From Actinomycetota bacterium (GTDB taxonomy: Bacteria > Actinomycetota > Actinomycetes > S36-B12 > UBA10799), in assembly GCA_020636995.1 (NCBI GenBank), contig JACJWU010000005.1:130331-194330 (forward strand): a stretch of DNA of 64,000 nt. The letters are read 5' to 3'. The notes under the pieces were generated by a model. It was not told the DNA's origin, did no database searches, and was given only the letters and a program-made list of their open reading frames with translations. Shown one piece after another: positions 45,006 to 54,220 of this stretch (position 1 is the stretch's first letter; every line of letters starts with the position of its first letter). The position numbers and the translations under genes are program-made.

Positions 45006-47096
45006 TCACAAGAGGGCACTGACCAGCCACGCAGCCACCTCTGCTTCGTAGTCCAGATGACCGAAACGCCCGGCGGGGCCGGAATGGGAACCCTCAGAGG
45101 TCTCGACGCGGAACAGTACTGTCCCCGGCGACGTGGGATCCCCCGGGTCCGTGCCCGCCCCGCGGCCAGGATCCGACGCTCGCAGCGTGGACACCCACTT
45201 CGCCGGCTCCCGCACCAGCACCCGGGGGTCGTGCACGGCACCGGTCACCAACAGCGGCGGTCGATCCTGCGCAGGTGGCGGGTTGTCGTACGGCGAATAG
45301 CCGGCCATGTAGGACATGAACGCGGGGTCGCGCGGATCACCCCACTCGTCCCACTCGTTGACCGTCAGCGGGATCGAGGGGTCCGACATCGCGGTCACGA
45401 CATCGACGAACGGAACCTCGGCGACCACCGCGCGCCAACGGTCGGGCCGCTGAGAGTAGACCGCGCCCTGCAAGAGCCCTCCGGCGGACAACCCGCGACT
45501 CGCGATGCGGCCCCCGTCGACGAGGCCGAGGGCACCGTCGTGGGCCAGGGCGTCGGCGACATCGACGAAATCGTCGAAGGTGGTGCGCTTGTGGAGCAAC
45601 CTTCCCTGTTCCCACCAGGCCCGGCCCATCTCACCACCACCGCGCACGTGTGCGTGGGCGAACACCACTCCGCGGTCCAGTAGCGGCGGGAGGGCGGCAT
45701 CGAACTCGGGCTCGAAGACGTACTCGTAGGCGCCGTAGCCGTAGAGCACGCAGGGCGCGGTGCCGTCGAGCGCAACGTCGCTGCGCCGCCAGATAGTTAC
45801 GGGAACCCGGGCGCCATCCCTGGCGGTGACCCACACCCGTGAGGTGGCGTAGCGCTCCGGGGCCAGCCCGGGTGCAGGGGTCCTGTGGACCTCGACCCGA
45901 TCGCCGGTCGCGAGGTCCACATCCCACCAGATCGCGGGCACCGTCCGGCTCTCAGTGCAGATCGTGACCGCACCGGTGTCGAACTCGTCGACCCGCGTCA
46001 GGCTGACCGTGGAGGCCTCGTCCGCCGGGGGGATGTCGTAGTAGACCGACCAGTCGCGCGAGGCCACCCGAAGCATCGGCAGACCATCTGCACGCAACGT
46101 GAGCACCACGTGATCGGCGAATGCATCGGCGGCGAGTACCCGGACGCCAGAGTCCGGGGTCACCACCTCCCGCCATGGGCCGAGGGTGTCGATCGCGCCC
46201 GCCAGCACCCGGAACTCCGTGGCTTGGTCGTTGGTGACCATCAGCAACTCGTCCTGGTCGCCCCACGGGGCGTGATCGACCGTGTACTCGATCCCGCGGC
46301 GGCGGCCGGCCACGGAGCGCGGCGCGACGGTGGTGTCGTCGGCCGGCAGCAGCCAACTCTCACTGGTGTCCCGACTGCGGGACTCGATGACGATCCACTC
46401 CCCGGAACGCGTCGCGCCCACTGTCACTTCGAAGGACTCGTCGTCCTCCTGCAGCACGAGGCGGTCGCTGTCCGCAGGGGTTCCCAGGATGTGCTCACGC
46501 ACTTGCCACGGCCGCATGGCATGGTCGGGCACGACATAGAGGAACCGGGTGCCGGTCGCGTCCCAAGCACCCGTGTAGTACGTGTCGGGAACCCGATCCG
46601 GCAGGTCCTGACCGGTCGTCAGGTCGCGGAACCGCAACGAGTACTTCTCCCCGCCCGTCAGGTCGACCGACCAGGCCAGGATGCGGTCATCAGGCCCAGG
46701 TTCGGTCAGGCCGAACTCCGCGTAGGAAGAGGCCTCCTGCGCCGCCACGGCATCGAGGTCGACGAGCACCTCGATCGGACCATCCGAGCCCCGCGGCCGC
46801 CGGGCGAGACCGGGGAGGTCCGCGCCGGCCCGGAACCGGTTCACGTACGTGTATCCTCGACGGATGAAACTGACCGACTCGTCAGCTTCGGGGAGGAGGC
46901 CGCGCATTTGCGTGGCCAGTTCATTCGTGAGCGGGTCCAACTGATGGACCCTCGCCTCGTAGTAGGCGCGTTCGTCCGTCAATACCTGCAGAACATCCGG
47001 GCCGTCGCCGGCAAGCCAGCCGTAGTCGTCTTGTCGGGTCCCAGCACCCCAGGGGACCGTGGTGGGATGGATCGATGGTTGCGGCGGGGACGGCAT
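45006..47096 (-). CDS. ptrB: Oligopeptidase B / prolyl oligopeptidase family S9 serine protease
   Basis: 696 aa. The N-terminal beta-propeller region (DDYGWL...ERAYYEAR) is followed by a C-terminal catalytic domain with GLSAGG (the Ser nucleophile) and HVRGGGEMGR. Confidence 0.85.
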   Translation of the reverse strand: MPSPPQPSIHPTTVPWGAGTRQDDYGWLAGDGPDVLQVLTDERAYYEARVHQLDPLTNELATQMRGLLPEADESVSFIRRGYTYVNRFRAGADLPGLARRPRGSDGPIEVLVDLDAVAAQEASSYAEFGLTEPGPDDRILAWSVDLTGGEKYSLRFRDLTTGQDLPDRVPDTYYTGAWDATGTRFLYVVPDHAMRPWQVREHILGTPADSDRLVLQEDDESFEVTVGATRSGEWIVIESRSRDTSESWLLPADDTTVAPRSVAGRRRGIEYTVDHAPWGDQDELLMVTNDQATEFRVLAGAIDTLGPWREVVTPDSGVRVLAADAFADHVVLTLRADGLPMLRVASRDWSVYYDIPPADEASTVSLTRVDEFDTGAVTICTESRTVPAIWWDVDLATGDRVEVHRTPAPGLAPERYATSRVWVTARDGARVPVTIWRRSDVALDGTAPCVLYGYGAYEYVFEPEFDAALPPLLDRGVVFAHAHVRGGGEMGRAWWEQGRLLHKRTTFDDFVDVADALAHDGALGLVDGGRIASRGLSAGGLLQGAVYSQRPDRWRAVVAEVPFVDVVTAMSDPSIPLTVNEWDEWGDPRDPAFMSYMAGYSPYDNPPPAQDRPPLLVTGAVHDPRVLVREPAKWVSTLRASDPGRGAGTDPGDPTSPGTVLFRVETSEGSHSGPAGRFGHLDYEAEVAAWLVSALL

Positions 47097-47137
47097 GGCC
47101 GGACGTTAGCACTCGTGGCCAGATATGGAGGAAACAC

Positions 47138-48997
47138 ATGAAGGTACGCAGACGCTGGCACGCCTGGGCGGCGTTCACCAGCGCGATCGCGGTGTTGGTG
47201 GCGCTCCCGCTGCTGCCGGCCAGTGCGGAGGAGTCCCCGTCCCCGGCCACCAGCGCCGCCGACAAGACGGTGTTCACCGTCGGCATCACCCAGGACGTCG
47301 ACTCCACCAACCCGTTCACGGGGATCGCGGCGGCCTCCTTCGAGGCGTACCAGATGATGTACCCCACTCTCACCGAGTACTCGGCGGCGGACTTCTCCAC
47401 GGTTCCGGGACTCGCGGAGTCCTGGGAGGAGTCGGCGGACAAGACCTACTGGACGTACAAGATCAGGCCCGGCCTGAAGTGGAGCGACGGTGAGCCGCTG
47501 ACGGCACGCGACGCGGCCTACACGTTCAACCGCGTGATCAACGGCGACATCGAGCAGACCAACTACGGCGGCTACACCTCCACGATCACCAAGGCCGTGG
47601 CCGAGGACGACACGACGCTCGTCCTGTACGTGAAGAAGCCTTCGCCGATCATGTACCAGTTGGCGGTCTACATCCTGCCGGAGCACATCTGGAAGGACAT
47701 CGACGGCAAGAAGGTCAAGTCCTACAAGAACGAGCCGGAGAACGGCGAAGCCGTCGTGGGCGGCGGTCCCTACGTGCTGATCGAACGCCGGAAAGGTGAG
47801 TACCTGCGATTCGCGGCCAACCCCAACTACTACGCCGGCAAGCCCGCCGCCGATGAGGTCGTCTTCCGGGTCTACAAGAACACCGACGCCATCGCCGAAG
47901 CGTTGCGCAAGGGCGAGGTGGACTACGCCAACGACCTGTCCGCCAACGTCTTCAACTCTCTCGAGGGCGCGGAGGGCATCACCACGGTGCCCAGCGTGTA
48001 CTCCGGGTTCAACCAGATCGCGTTCAACATGGGTGCGGCCCTGACCGACGGCACACCGATCGGCGACGGCAGCAAGATCGTGCTCGACCCGCAGGTACGC
48101 CTGGCGGTCGCGCAGGCGATCGACCGACAGGTCCTGGCCGACAAGGTGTACGGCGGGTTCGCCACGCCCGGCTCGACGGTCATCCCGCCGCTGTACACCA
48201 ACCTGCACCTCGAACCGGCCAACCCGGTGGGCTTCGATCTGGACGCGGCCAACGCGACCCTGGAGGCAGCGGGTTACACGATGGGCGAGGACGGCGTGCG
48301 GGTCTCACCGGACGGTGAGCGCATGTCGCTGCGGCTGCTGGGACGCCAGGAGTCCAGCGAGTCGCAGAAGGTGGTCGAGTACGTCAAGGACTGGCTGGCC
48401 CAGATCGGCATCGAGGTCAACGTCAAGATCGTCAGCGAGGACACCCTGTACGAGAAGGTGGGCAACGGCGACTTCGACATGTTCGAGTGGGGCTGGGTCG
48501 TCGAGCCGGACCCCGACTACCAACTGTCCACGTTCACCTGCGACCAGCGCTCGACCGAGGAGGACGGGACCATCTACGCCGGCCTGTCCGACTCGTTCTA
48601 CTGCGACGACGAGTACGACCAGCTCTACGAGGACCAGAAACTGGAGACCGATCAGGCCAAGCGCGCCGAGATCGTCAAGCAGATGCAGCAGAAGCTGTAC
48701 GACAGCAACGCGTATGTGGTGACGGTCTACTACGACAACCCGACCGCCTACCGGTCCGACCGCTGGACCAACTTCACCCCGCAGCCGGAGCCGGACGGTG
48801 TGTTGTTGTTCCAGTACGGCACCTGGTCGTACGAAAGCATCGAGCCGGTGACGGCGGACAACGCGGACACGACCTCATCGTCGGGAGGCGGCGTCAACCC
48901 GGCGCTGATCGTGGTGGGTGTCGTGATCGCTGCGGGTCTGGTGCTCGGCGGCGTGATGATCGGGCGCCGAGGCCGCTCCGAGGACGACGTGGAGTAG
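47138..48997 (+). CDS. ABC transporter substrate-binding protein, family 5 (peptide/nickel), with a C-terminal TM anchor
   Basis: The ATG at 47138 follows GGAGGA. The signal peptide is MKVRRRWHAWAAFTSAIAVLVALPLLPASA (no lipobox Cys). SBP_bac_5-like body. The C-terminus is NPALIVVGVVIAAGLVLGGVMIGRRGR. Confidence 0.85.
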   Translation: MKVRRRWHAWAAFTSAIAVLVALPLLPASAEESPSPATSAADKTVFTVGITQDVDSTNPFTGIAAASFEAYQMMYPTLTEYSAADFSTVPGLAESWEESADKTYWTYKIRPGLKWSDGEPLTARDAAYTFNRVINGDIEQTNYGGYTSTITKAVAEDDTTLVLYVKKPSPIMYQLAVYILPEHIWKDIDGKKVKSYKNEPENGEAVVGGGPYVLIERRKGEYLRFAANPNYYAGKPAADEVVFRVYKNTDAIAEALRKGEVDYANDLSANVFNSLEGAEGITTVPSVYSGFNQIAFNMGAALTDGTPIGDGSKIVLDPQVRLAVAQAIDRQVLADKVYGGFATPGSTVIPPLYTNLHLEPANPVGFDLDAANATLEAAGYTMGEDGVRVSPDGERMSLRLLGRQESSESQKVVEYVKDWLAQIGIEVNVKIVSEDTLYEKVGNGDFDMFEWGWVVEPDPDYQLSTFTCDQRSTEEDGTIYAGLSDSFYCDDEYDQLYEDQKLETDQAKRAEIVKQMQQKLYDSNAYVVTVYYDNPTAYRSDRWTNFTPQPEPDGVLLFQYGTWSYESIEPVTADNADTTSSSGGGVNPALIVVGVVIAAGLVLGGVMIGRRGRSEDDVE

Positions 48998-49001
48998 CAG
49001 C

Positions 49002-50069
49002 ATGTCGCTGATCCAGGATGTTGCCGGGGGCGGCGGTCACGACCCCGTCCCCGGCCCTCCACCGCTGCCGCGCAAGGACAAGGGGGGCAAAGGCCTGTCC
49101 CCGGGCGCTTCCTTCGCACTGCGCAAGACGGGGGCGGCGTTGGGCACTCTCTTCTTCGTCCTGGTGGTCAACTTCTTCCTGTTCCGACTGCTCCCCGGCG
49201 ACCCGATCGGGATGTACACGCGGGGACGCAACGTGCCGGCCGAACAGTTGGCCCAGTTGCGTGCAGAGTTGGATCGCCCGATCCTCGAGCAGTTCCTGAC
49301 CTACTTGCGCAATCCCTTCTCGAGCACGATCGATTCCGCCCAGTTCAACCGACCTGTCTGGGAGTTGGTCACCGAGCGGATCTGGCCCACCCTGCTGCTC
49401 GTGGGCACGGCCATCGTGCTGGCCTCGATCATCGGCGTGTGGATCGGGATCAAGGCCGGCTGGAAGCGCGGCAAGTCCTTCGACAAGGTCTCGACCGGAG
49501 TCACCCTCACCCTGTACTCGATGCCCGAGTTCTGGCTCGGCATGATCCTGCTGATCGTGTTCGGCGTCGGGGTCCTGGGACTGCCCGGCGTCTTCCCGAT
49601 CGGGGGGATCTCGACGCCCGGCGTCGATACGTCGTCGCTTGCGGGCTGGCTGGACGTGGCCTGGCACATGGTGCTGCCGGTCACGACCCTGACGCTGGTG
49701 TATCTCGCGGAGTACGCACTGGTGATGCGTTCGTCGCTGGTGGACGAGATGGACGAGGACTACCTCACGACGGCTCGGGCCAAAGGGCTGTCCGACAAGT
49801 TCGTGCGTCGCCGCCACGCCGTGCCGAACGCCCTGCTGCCCACGATCACGCTGATCTTCCTGAACCTCGGGTTCACCGTCTCCGGCGCGATCACAGTGGA
49901 GACCGTGTTCTCGTGGCCGGGATTGGGTCTGCTGTCCTACGAGGCCCTGCGTGGGCCCGACGTGGCGCTTCTGCAAGCCATCTTCCTGCTCTTCTCCATC
50001 GGCGTCGTGCTGGCCAATCTTGTGGCCGATCTGCTCTACGCCGTCATCGACCCGAGAGTGAGGTCGTGA
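49002..50069 (+). CDS. ABC transporter permease (DppB/OppB-like)
   Basis: It has a BPD_transp_1 EAA-type loop (DEDYLTTARAKGLSDKFVRRRHAVPNALLP). It is 355 aa. Confidence 0.85.
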   Translation: MSLIQDVAGGGGHDPVPGPPPLPRKDKGGKGLSPGASFALRKTGAALGTLFFVLVVNFFLFRLLPGDPIGMYTRGRNVPAEQLAQLRAELDRPILEQFLTYLRNPFSSTIDSAQFNRPVWELVTERIWPTLLLVGTAIVLASIIGVWIGIKAGWKRGKSFDKVSTGVTLTLYSMPEFWLGMILLIVFGVGVLGLPGVFPIGGISTPGVDTSSLAGWLDVAWHMVLPVTTLTLVYLAEYALVMRSSLVDEMDEDYLTTARAKGLSDKFVRRRHAVPNALLPTITLIFLNLGFTVSGAITVETVFSWPGLGLLSYEALRGPDVALLQAIFLLFSIGVVLANLVADLLYAVIDPRVRS

Positions 50070-50992
50070 TGGCCAGCGACCAGCAGACCGGCGGGGCGCC
50101 ACAGGGTCGACGGGCGATCGCGCGGGCCCGCCGACGCGAGGCCCTCGCACGCGGCTGGGGTCAATTCCGCACCCGTCGGGCAGGGATGGCGGGGCTGGGG
50201 ATCCTGCTCTTCTTCACCCTCTCGGCGCTGCTGGCACCAGTACTGTTCCCACCCGAGACGATCAGCGTCACACGGGCCACCGGAGAACTGCTGGCGCCTC
50301 CGTCCGGGGAGTTCTGGCTGGGCACCGATGACTCGGGCCGCTCCATGTTGGCGCTGCTCGCCTGGGGGGCGCGGGTGTCGCTGACGGTCGGCATCGCCGC
50401 GACCTTGATCTCCATGGTCATCGGGACGTCCGTGGGGATCGCTTCGGGTCACTACCACGGATTCGGCGGTGCTGCTCTGCAGCGCCTCACCGACTGGGTC
50501 CTGGTAATCCCGTTCCTGCCGTTGGCGATCGTTCTGGCGACCGTCCTCGGGGGCGGTTCGACCGTGACCATCATCGTCGTCATCGGCGTGACGTCGTGGG
50601 CGGGCACCGCACGACTCATCCGGGCGCAGACACTCTCGGTCGAAGGCCGACCGTACCTGGAGCGGTCCCGGGCGCTCGGCAGCGGCAACTGGCATCAGAT
50701 GACCCGGCATGTGCTGCCGAACGTGTTCCCCCTCGTGCTGGCAAACACCACACTGACCGTGGCCATCGCCATCCTCTCGGAGACGACCCTGTCCTTCCTC
50801 GGACTCGGCGACCCGCTGCGACCCTCATGGGGGGCCACCTTGGACCAGGCGTTCTCCAACGGCGCGGTGTCCGCCGGGGCGTGGTGGTACATCGGCCCGC
50901 CCGGTCTGTGTGTCGTGCTGGTGGTTCTGTCGTTCACCATGATCGGGCGCGCGCTCGAACAGATCGTCAACCCGCGTCTCGGAGGCCAGTGA
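50069..50992 (+). CDS. ABC transporter permease (DppC/OppC-like)
   Basis: In frame within ORF 49439..50992. The ATG overlaps the upstream stop (TGATG). SVEGRPYLERSRALGSGNWHQMTRHVLPNV is present. Confidence 0.85.
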   Translation: MASDQQTGGAPQGRRAIARARRREALARGWGQFRTRRAGMAGLGILLFFTLSALLAPVLFPPETISVTRATGELLAPPSGEFWLGTDDSGRSMLALLAWGARVSLTVGIAATLISMVIGTSVGIASGHYHGFGGAALQRLTDWVLVIPFLPLAIVLATVLGGGSTVTIIVVIGVTSWAGTARLIRAQTLSVEGRPYLERSRALGSGNWHQMTRHVLPNVFPLVLANTTLTVAIAILSETTLSFLGLGDPLRPSWGATLDQAFSNGAVSAGAWWYIGPPGLCVVLVVLSFTMIGRALEQIVNPRLGGQ

Positions 50993-50993
50993 G

Positions 50994-51965
50994 ATGGCCG
51001 TTCTGGAGTTGGAGGACGTCAGCGTCACCTACCGGTCCGCCGAGGGCGCCGTACCGGCGGTCCGCGGGGTGTCGTTGAGCGTGGACGCCGGGCGCTCCCT
51101 CGGGCTGGCCGGGGAGTCGGGCTCGGGAAAGACCAGCGTCACGTCGACGGTGCTGCGACTGCTGCCCAAGTCCGCCACCGTGACCGGCCGTGTCCTGCTC
51201 GAGGGCGAGGACGTGCTCACGATGAAGTGGGGGCGCCTGCGGGCCGTCCGCTGGGCGACCGCCTCCGTGGTGTTCCAGGGCGCGATGCACGCACTGAACC
51301 CGGTGCAACGGGTCGGCCATCAGATCGCCGAACCGATCCGTCTTCACGAGAAATCCGTGTCGGAACCGACCGCCCGTAAGCGCGTCGGGGAACTGCTGGA
51401 ACAGGTCGGCCTGCCCTCCCGGGTGGCCCAGTCCTACCCCCACCAGTTGTCCGGCGGGCAGAAGCAGCGCGTGATGATCGCCATGGCGCTGGCCTGCGGA
51501 CCCAAACTCATCGTGGCCGACGAGCCCACCACCGCTCTGGACGTGATGGTCCAGCAGCAGGTCCTCGGGGTACTCGCCGACCGGGTCCAGGACCTCGGTC
51601 TGGCCATGGTCTTCATCTCCCATGACCTGTCGGTGCTGGCCTCGGCGTGCGACGATCTGGCGGTCATGTACGCCGGCCAGGTCGTCGAGCAGGGGCCCTC
51701 GGATCAGGTCTTCGACGACGCCCACCACCCCTACTCGCGGGCGCTGGGCGGGGCGTACCCGCGGATCGGGGATCTACGCTTCCGCTACGCCCCCAGTGGT
51801 CTGCCGGGTGACCCGCCGTTCCCCGGAGAGGCACCGTCGGGGTGCGCATTCCATCCGCGCTGCCCGCAGGCCCGCGAGGTGTGCGCGACCACGGACGTCG
51901 AGTTGCGACCCTCCGGCGAACGCCGCTGGTCGTCCTGCCTGTTCGCCCCGGAGGTGGGCACATGA
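50994..51965 (+). CDS. ABC transporter ATP-binding protein (DppD/OppD-like)
   Basis: Walker A GESGSGKTS, signature LSGGQKQRVMIAMA and Walker B IVADEPTTALD are present, with the oligopeptide C-terminal extension (CAFHPRCP). Confidence 0.9.
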   Translation: MAVLELEDVSVTYRSAEGAVPAVRGVSLSVDAGRSLGLAGESGSGKTSVTSTVLRLLPKSATVTGRVLLEGEDVLTMKWGRLRAVRWATASVVFQGAMHALNPVQRVGHQIAEPIRLHEKSVSEPTARKRVGELLEQVGLPSRVAQSYPHQLSGGQKQRVMIAMALACGPKLIVADEPTTALDVMVQQQVLGVLADRVQDLGLAMVFISHDLSVLASACDDLAVMYAGQVVEQGPSDQVFDDAHHPYSRALGGAYPRIGDLRFRYAPSGLPGDPPFPGEAPSGCAFHPRCPQAREVCATTDVELRPSGERRWSSCLFAPEVGT

Positions 51966-52927
51966 CCGAGTCCGTCCTGGAAGCCCGTGGGATCGAGGTC
52001 ACGTTCCGCGGGCGTGGTGGCCGACCCGCCCGTGCCGTCGACGGCGTCGACCTGAGTCTCGGGCGTGGCGAGATCGTCGCCCTGGTCGGCGAGAGCGGGT
52101 GCGGCAAGACGACGTTGTCGCGGACTCTGCTCGGGCTGGAGCGACCCTCCGGTGGGGAGGTGCTCGTGTCCGGCCGCCCGCTGGAGTACTCCGCGGCCGC
52201 GCTGAAGAAGCACCGGCGCAGTGCGCAGTTGGTGCTGCAGGATCCCACCGGCGCGCTCAACCCGCGCCGGTCCGTGTACGAGGCGGTCGCCGAGGGACTG
52301 CGGGTGCACCGGTTCGACGGCGATGAGCGGGCCGCTGTCGCGGACGCCCTCGCGCGCGCCGGGCTTCGGCCGCCGGAGCGCTTCTTCCTGCGCTACCCGC
52401 ACGAACTGTCCGGTGGCCAGCGGCAGCGTGTCGTGATCGCCGGCGCTCTGGTCCTGCAGCCACAGGTGATCATCGCCGACGAACCCGTGAGTTCACTCGA
52501 CGCCTCCGTCCGCGGCGAGATCCTCGCGCTGCTGCTGTCCCTGCGGGAATCGCTGGGGCTGTCCCTGTTGGTCGTCACCCACGACCTCGGGGTCGCGTGG
52601 AACATCGCCGACAGGATCGCGGTGATGTACCTCGGTCGGATCGTGGAGCAGGGACCCACCGAGGAGGTGCTTTCGGCGCCGAAGCACCCCTACACCCGCG
52701 CACTGCTCTCGGTGGTGCCCGAGATCGACCACGTCGAACCGATTGTTCTCACCGGCGAGCCGCCTGATCCCACGGCCATCCCGACCGGCTGCCGTTTCCA
52801 TCCCCGCTGCCCCGCCCTGCGCGACGGTGCCGCGGACGCGGTGGCCACGGACTGCCGCGGAAAGGAGCTTCCCGTGCTGTCCGGAACGGGCGGGCACGAG
52901 GCCGCGTGCTGGCTGACCGGGGCGTGA
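51962..52927 (+). CDS. ABC transporter ATP-binding protein (DppF/OppF-like)
   Basis: Walker A GESGCGKTT, signature LSGGQRQRVVIAGA and Walker B IIADEPVSSLD are present. The ATG at 51962 overlaps the upstream stop (ATGA). Confidence 0.9.
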   Translation: MTESVLEARGIEVTFRGRGGRPARAVDGVDLSLGRGEIVALVGESGCGKTTLSRTLLGLERPSGGEVLVSGRPLEYSAAALKKHRRSAQLVLQDPTGALNPRRSVYEAVAEGLRVHRFDGDERAAVADALARAGLRPPERFFLRYPHELSGGQRQRVVIAGALVLQPQVIIADEPVSSLDASVRGEILALLLSLRESLGLSLLVVTHDLGVAWNIADRIAVMYLGRIVEQGPTEEVLSAPKHPYTRALLSVVPEIDHVEPIVLTGEPPDPTAIPTGCRFHPRCPALRDGAADAVATDCRGKELPVLSGTGGHEAACWLTGA

Positions 52928-52974
52928 CCGGCGGCTCCAGCCCGGGCCCGAGCCCAGGCCCAGCCCGCGCCCAG

Positions 52975-53064
52975 CCGTTAGCGGAATGGACAGCGGTTAG
53001 CGTTTCGGCGGCGCTCAAGTGCTAACGGATCTCCACTTCGCTAACGGATCCACAGTGCTAGCGC
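52975..53064. repeat. 19-bp-periodic GTTAG / CTAAC array (two forward and two to three inverted units)
   Basis: GTTAG is at 52977 and 52996 (19 bp apart). CTAAC is at 53022 and 53041 (19 bp apart, as GCTAACGGATC twice). GCTAGC is at 53057. CCGTTAGC and GCTAACGG are reverse complements. Confidence 0.75.
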
Positions 53065-53131
53065 CTCGTGAGCGCGGCCCGAACCCCATCCGTCGGCCGG
53101 CCAACAGGTTCTGCGCCGTCAACCGCACCGC

Positions 53132-54211
53132 TCACGACCGCTCGAGCGCGGCGGCCAACTGATCCTGCGGCAGCGCAGGAACTGTGAGGCCGCGCCGCCC
53201 GGTGGTCGTGGCCGCCGACAACAGGCTGTCCCACACTGCGGACTCGGTGGCGTCCACGGTGGCCTCGAACAGATCGTCGAGCCGGGAGCCGAGCAAGGCA
53301 ACTCGCTCCGGCGCCCCGCCACGAGGCGCACGCAGGCCAGTGGCAAGGCAGCAGAAGATCTCACCGCTGCCGTGGTGGGCGACGGACCCGCATCGAGCCA
53401 GCCCGAGACCGACCCGCGCCGCGACCCGACTGGCGGTCGCCGGATCCAGGGGCGCATCGGTGACGACCACCCCGACGCATGAGCCGGCCGGCTCAGGGTG
53501 GTGCGTAGCCCACCAGGCCGGCGGCTCGATCGCCTCCCCCACCGCTCGTCCCCGCATCCTCAGTAGGTGCGGCGCACCGAAGTTGGTGAGCAGCACAACG
53601 CCGACTGTGGTGCCGTCGGGCAGCACCCGCGATGACGTCCCGATCCCGCCCTTCCATCCCATGCACACCATGCCGCTCCCAGCACCCACGCAGCCGCTCA
53701 TTGCGGTCCTGTCGGCACCCTCGGTGGCCGACACGCGAGCTTGTGACAAGGCCCGTTCCACATCGGCGTCCGTGACGTGCATGGTCCGTGGATCGTTCAG
53801 CCACGAGTCGTCGCACTCACCCACAACCGGAATCACGACCGAATCAGCGATCCCGGGTTGCTCTGCCATGAGCAGCCGACAGGCAGCGTCGTACACGCGG
53901 CCCACCTGCATCGTGCTTGTGAGGAACACCGGGGTTTCGACCACCCCCCACTCCCGGATCTGCAGACTGCCGGTCAACTCACCAGCGCCGTTGAGCACTG
54001 CGATCCCCGCCGGCACCGGGCTGGCCCAGACATCGCCCCCCGGATCCACGACAGTCACTCCCGTCCGTGCGATCCCACCGCCATCCGGCGGGTCGGGGTC
54101 GTCACGGACGATCGTCGCGTGACCCAGCCCCGCCCCCGGCACGTCGAGCACAGAATCAGTCGGGCCGGTGGCGAAACGGCCGAAGGGTGGGTCGAGGAAA
54201 GCACGCGGCAT
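53132..54211 (-). CDS. P1-family (DmpA / S58-type) aminopeptidase-like protein
   Basis: VPGAGLGHATIVRD...GIARTGVTVV...GIAVLNGAGELTG...GTSSRVL is present. I chose the start at 54211 (MPRAFLDPP) within ORF 53132..54421. Confidence 0.7.
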   Translation of the reverse strand: MPRAFLDPPFGRFATGPTDSVLDVPGAGLGHATIVRDDPDPPDGGGIARTGVTVVDPGGDVWASPVPAGIAVLNGAGELTGSLQIREWGVVETPVFLTSTMQVGRVYDAACRLLMAEQPGIADSVVIPVVGECDDSWLNDPRTMHVTDADVERALSQARVSATEGADRTAMSGCVGAGSGMVCMGWKGGIGTSSRVLPDGTTVGVVLLTNFGAPHLLRMRGRAVGEAIEPPAWWATHHPEPAGSCVGVVVTDAPLDPATASRVAARVGLGLARCGSVAHHGSGEIFCCLATGLRAPRGGAPERVALLGSRLDDLFEATVDATESAVWDSLLSAATTTGRRGLTVPALPQDQLAAALERS

Positions 54212-54220
54212 GGTGGCATC

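Noticed and set aside
52937-52976. The low-complexity run CCAGCCCGGGCCCGAGCCCAGGCCCAGCCCGCGCCCAGCC after the ABC operon, considered as a distinct microsatellite.
   Set aside because: The GCCCAG-like repetition is imperfect and irregular and is compatible with GC-rich terminator filler. It carries no clear periodicity that I can defend.
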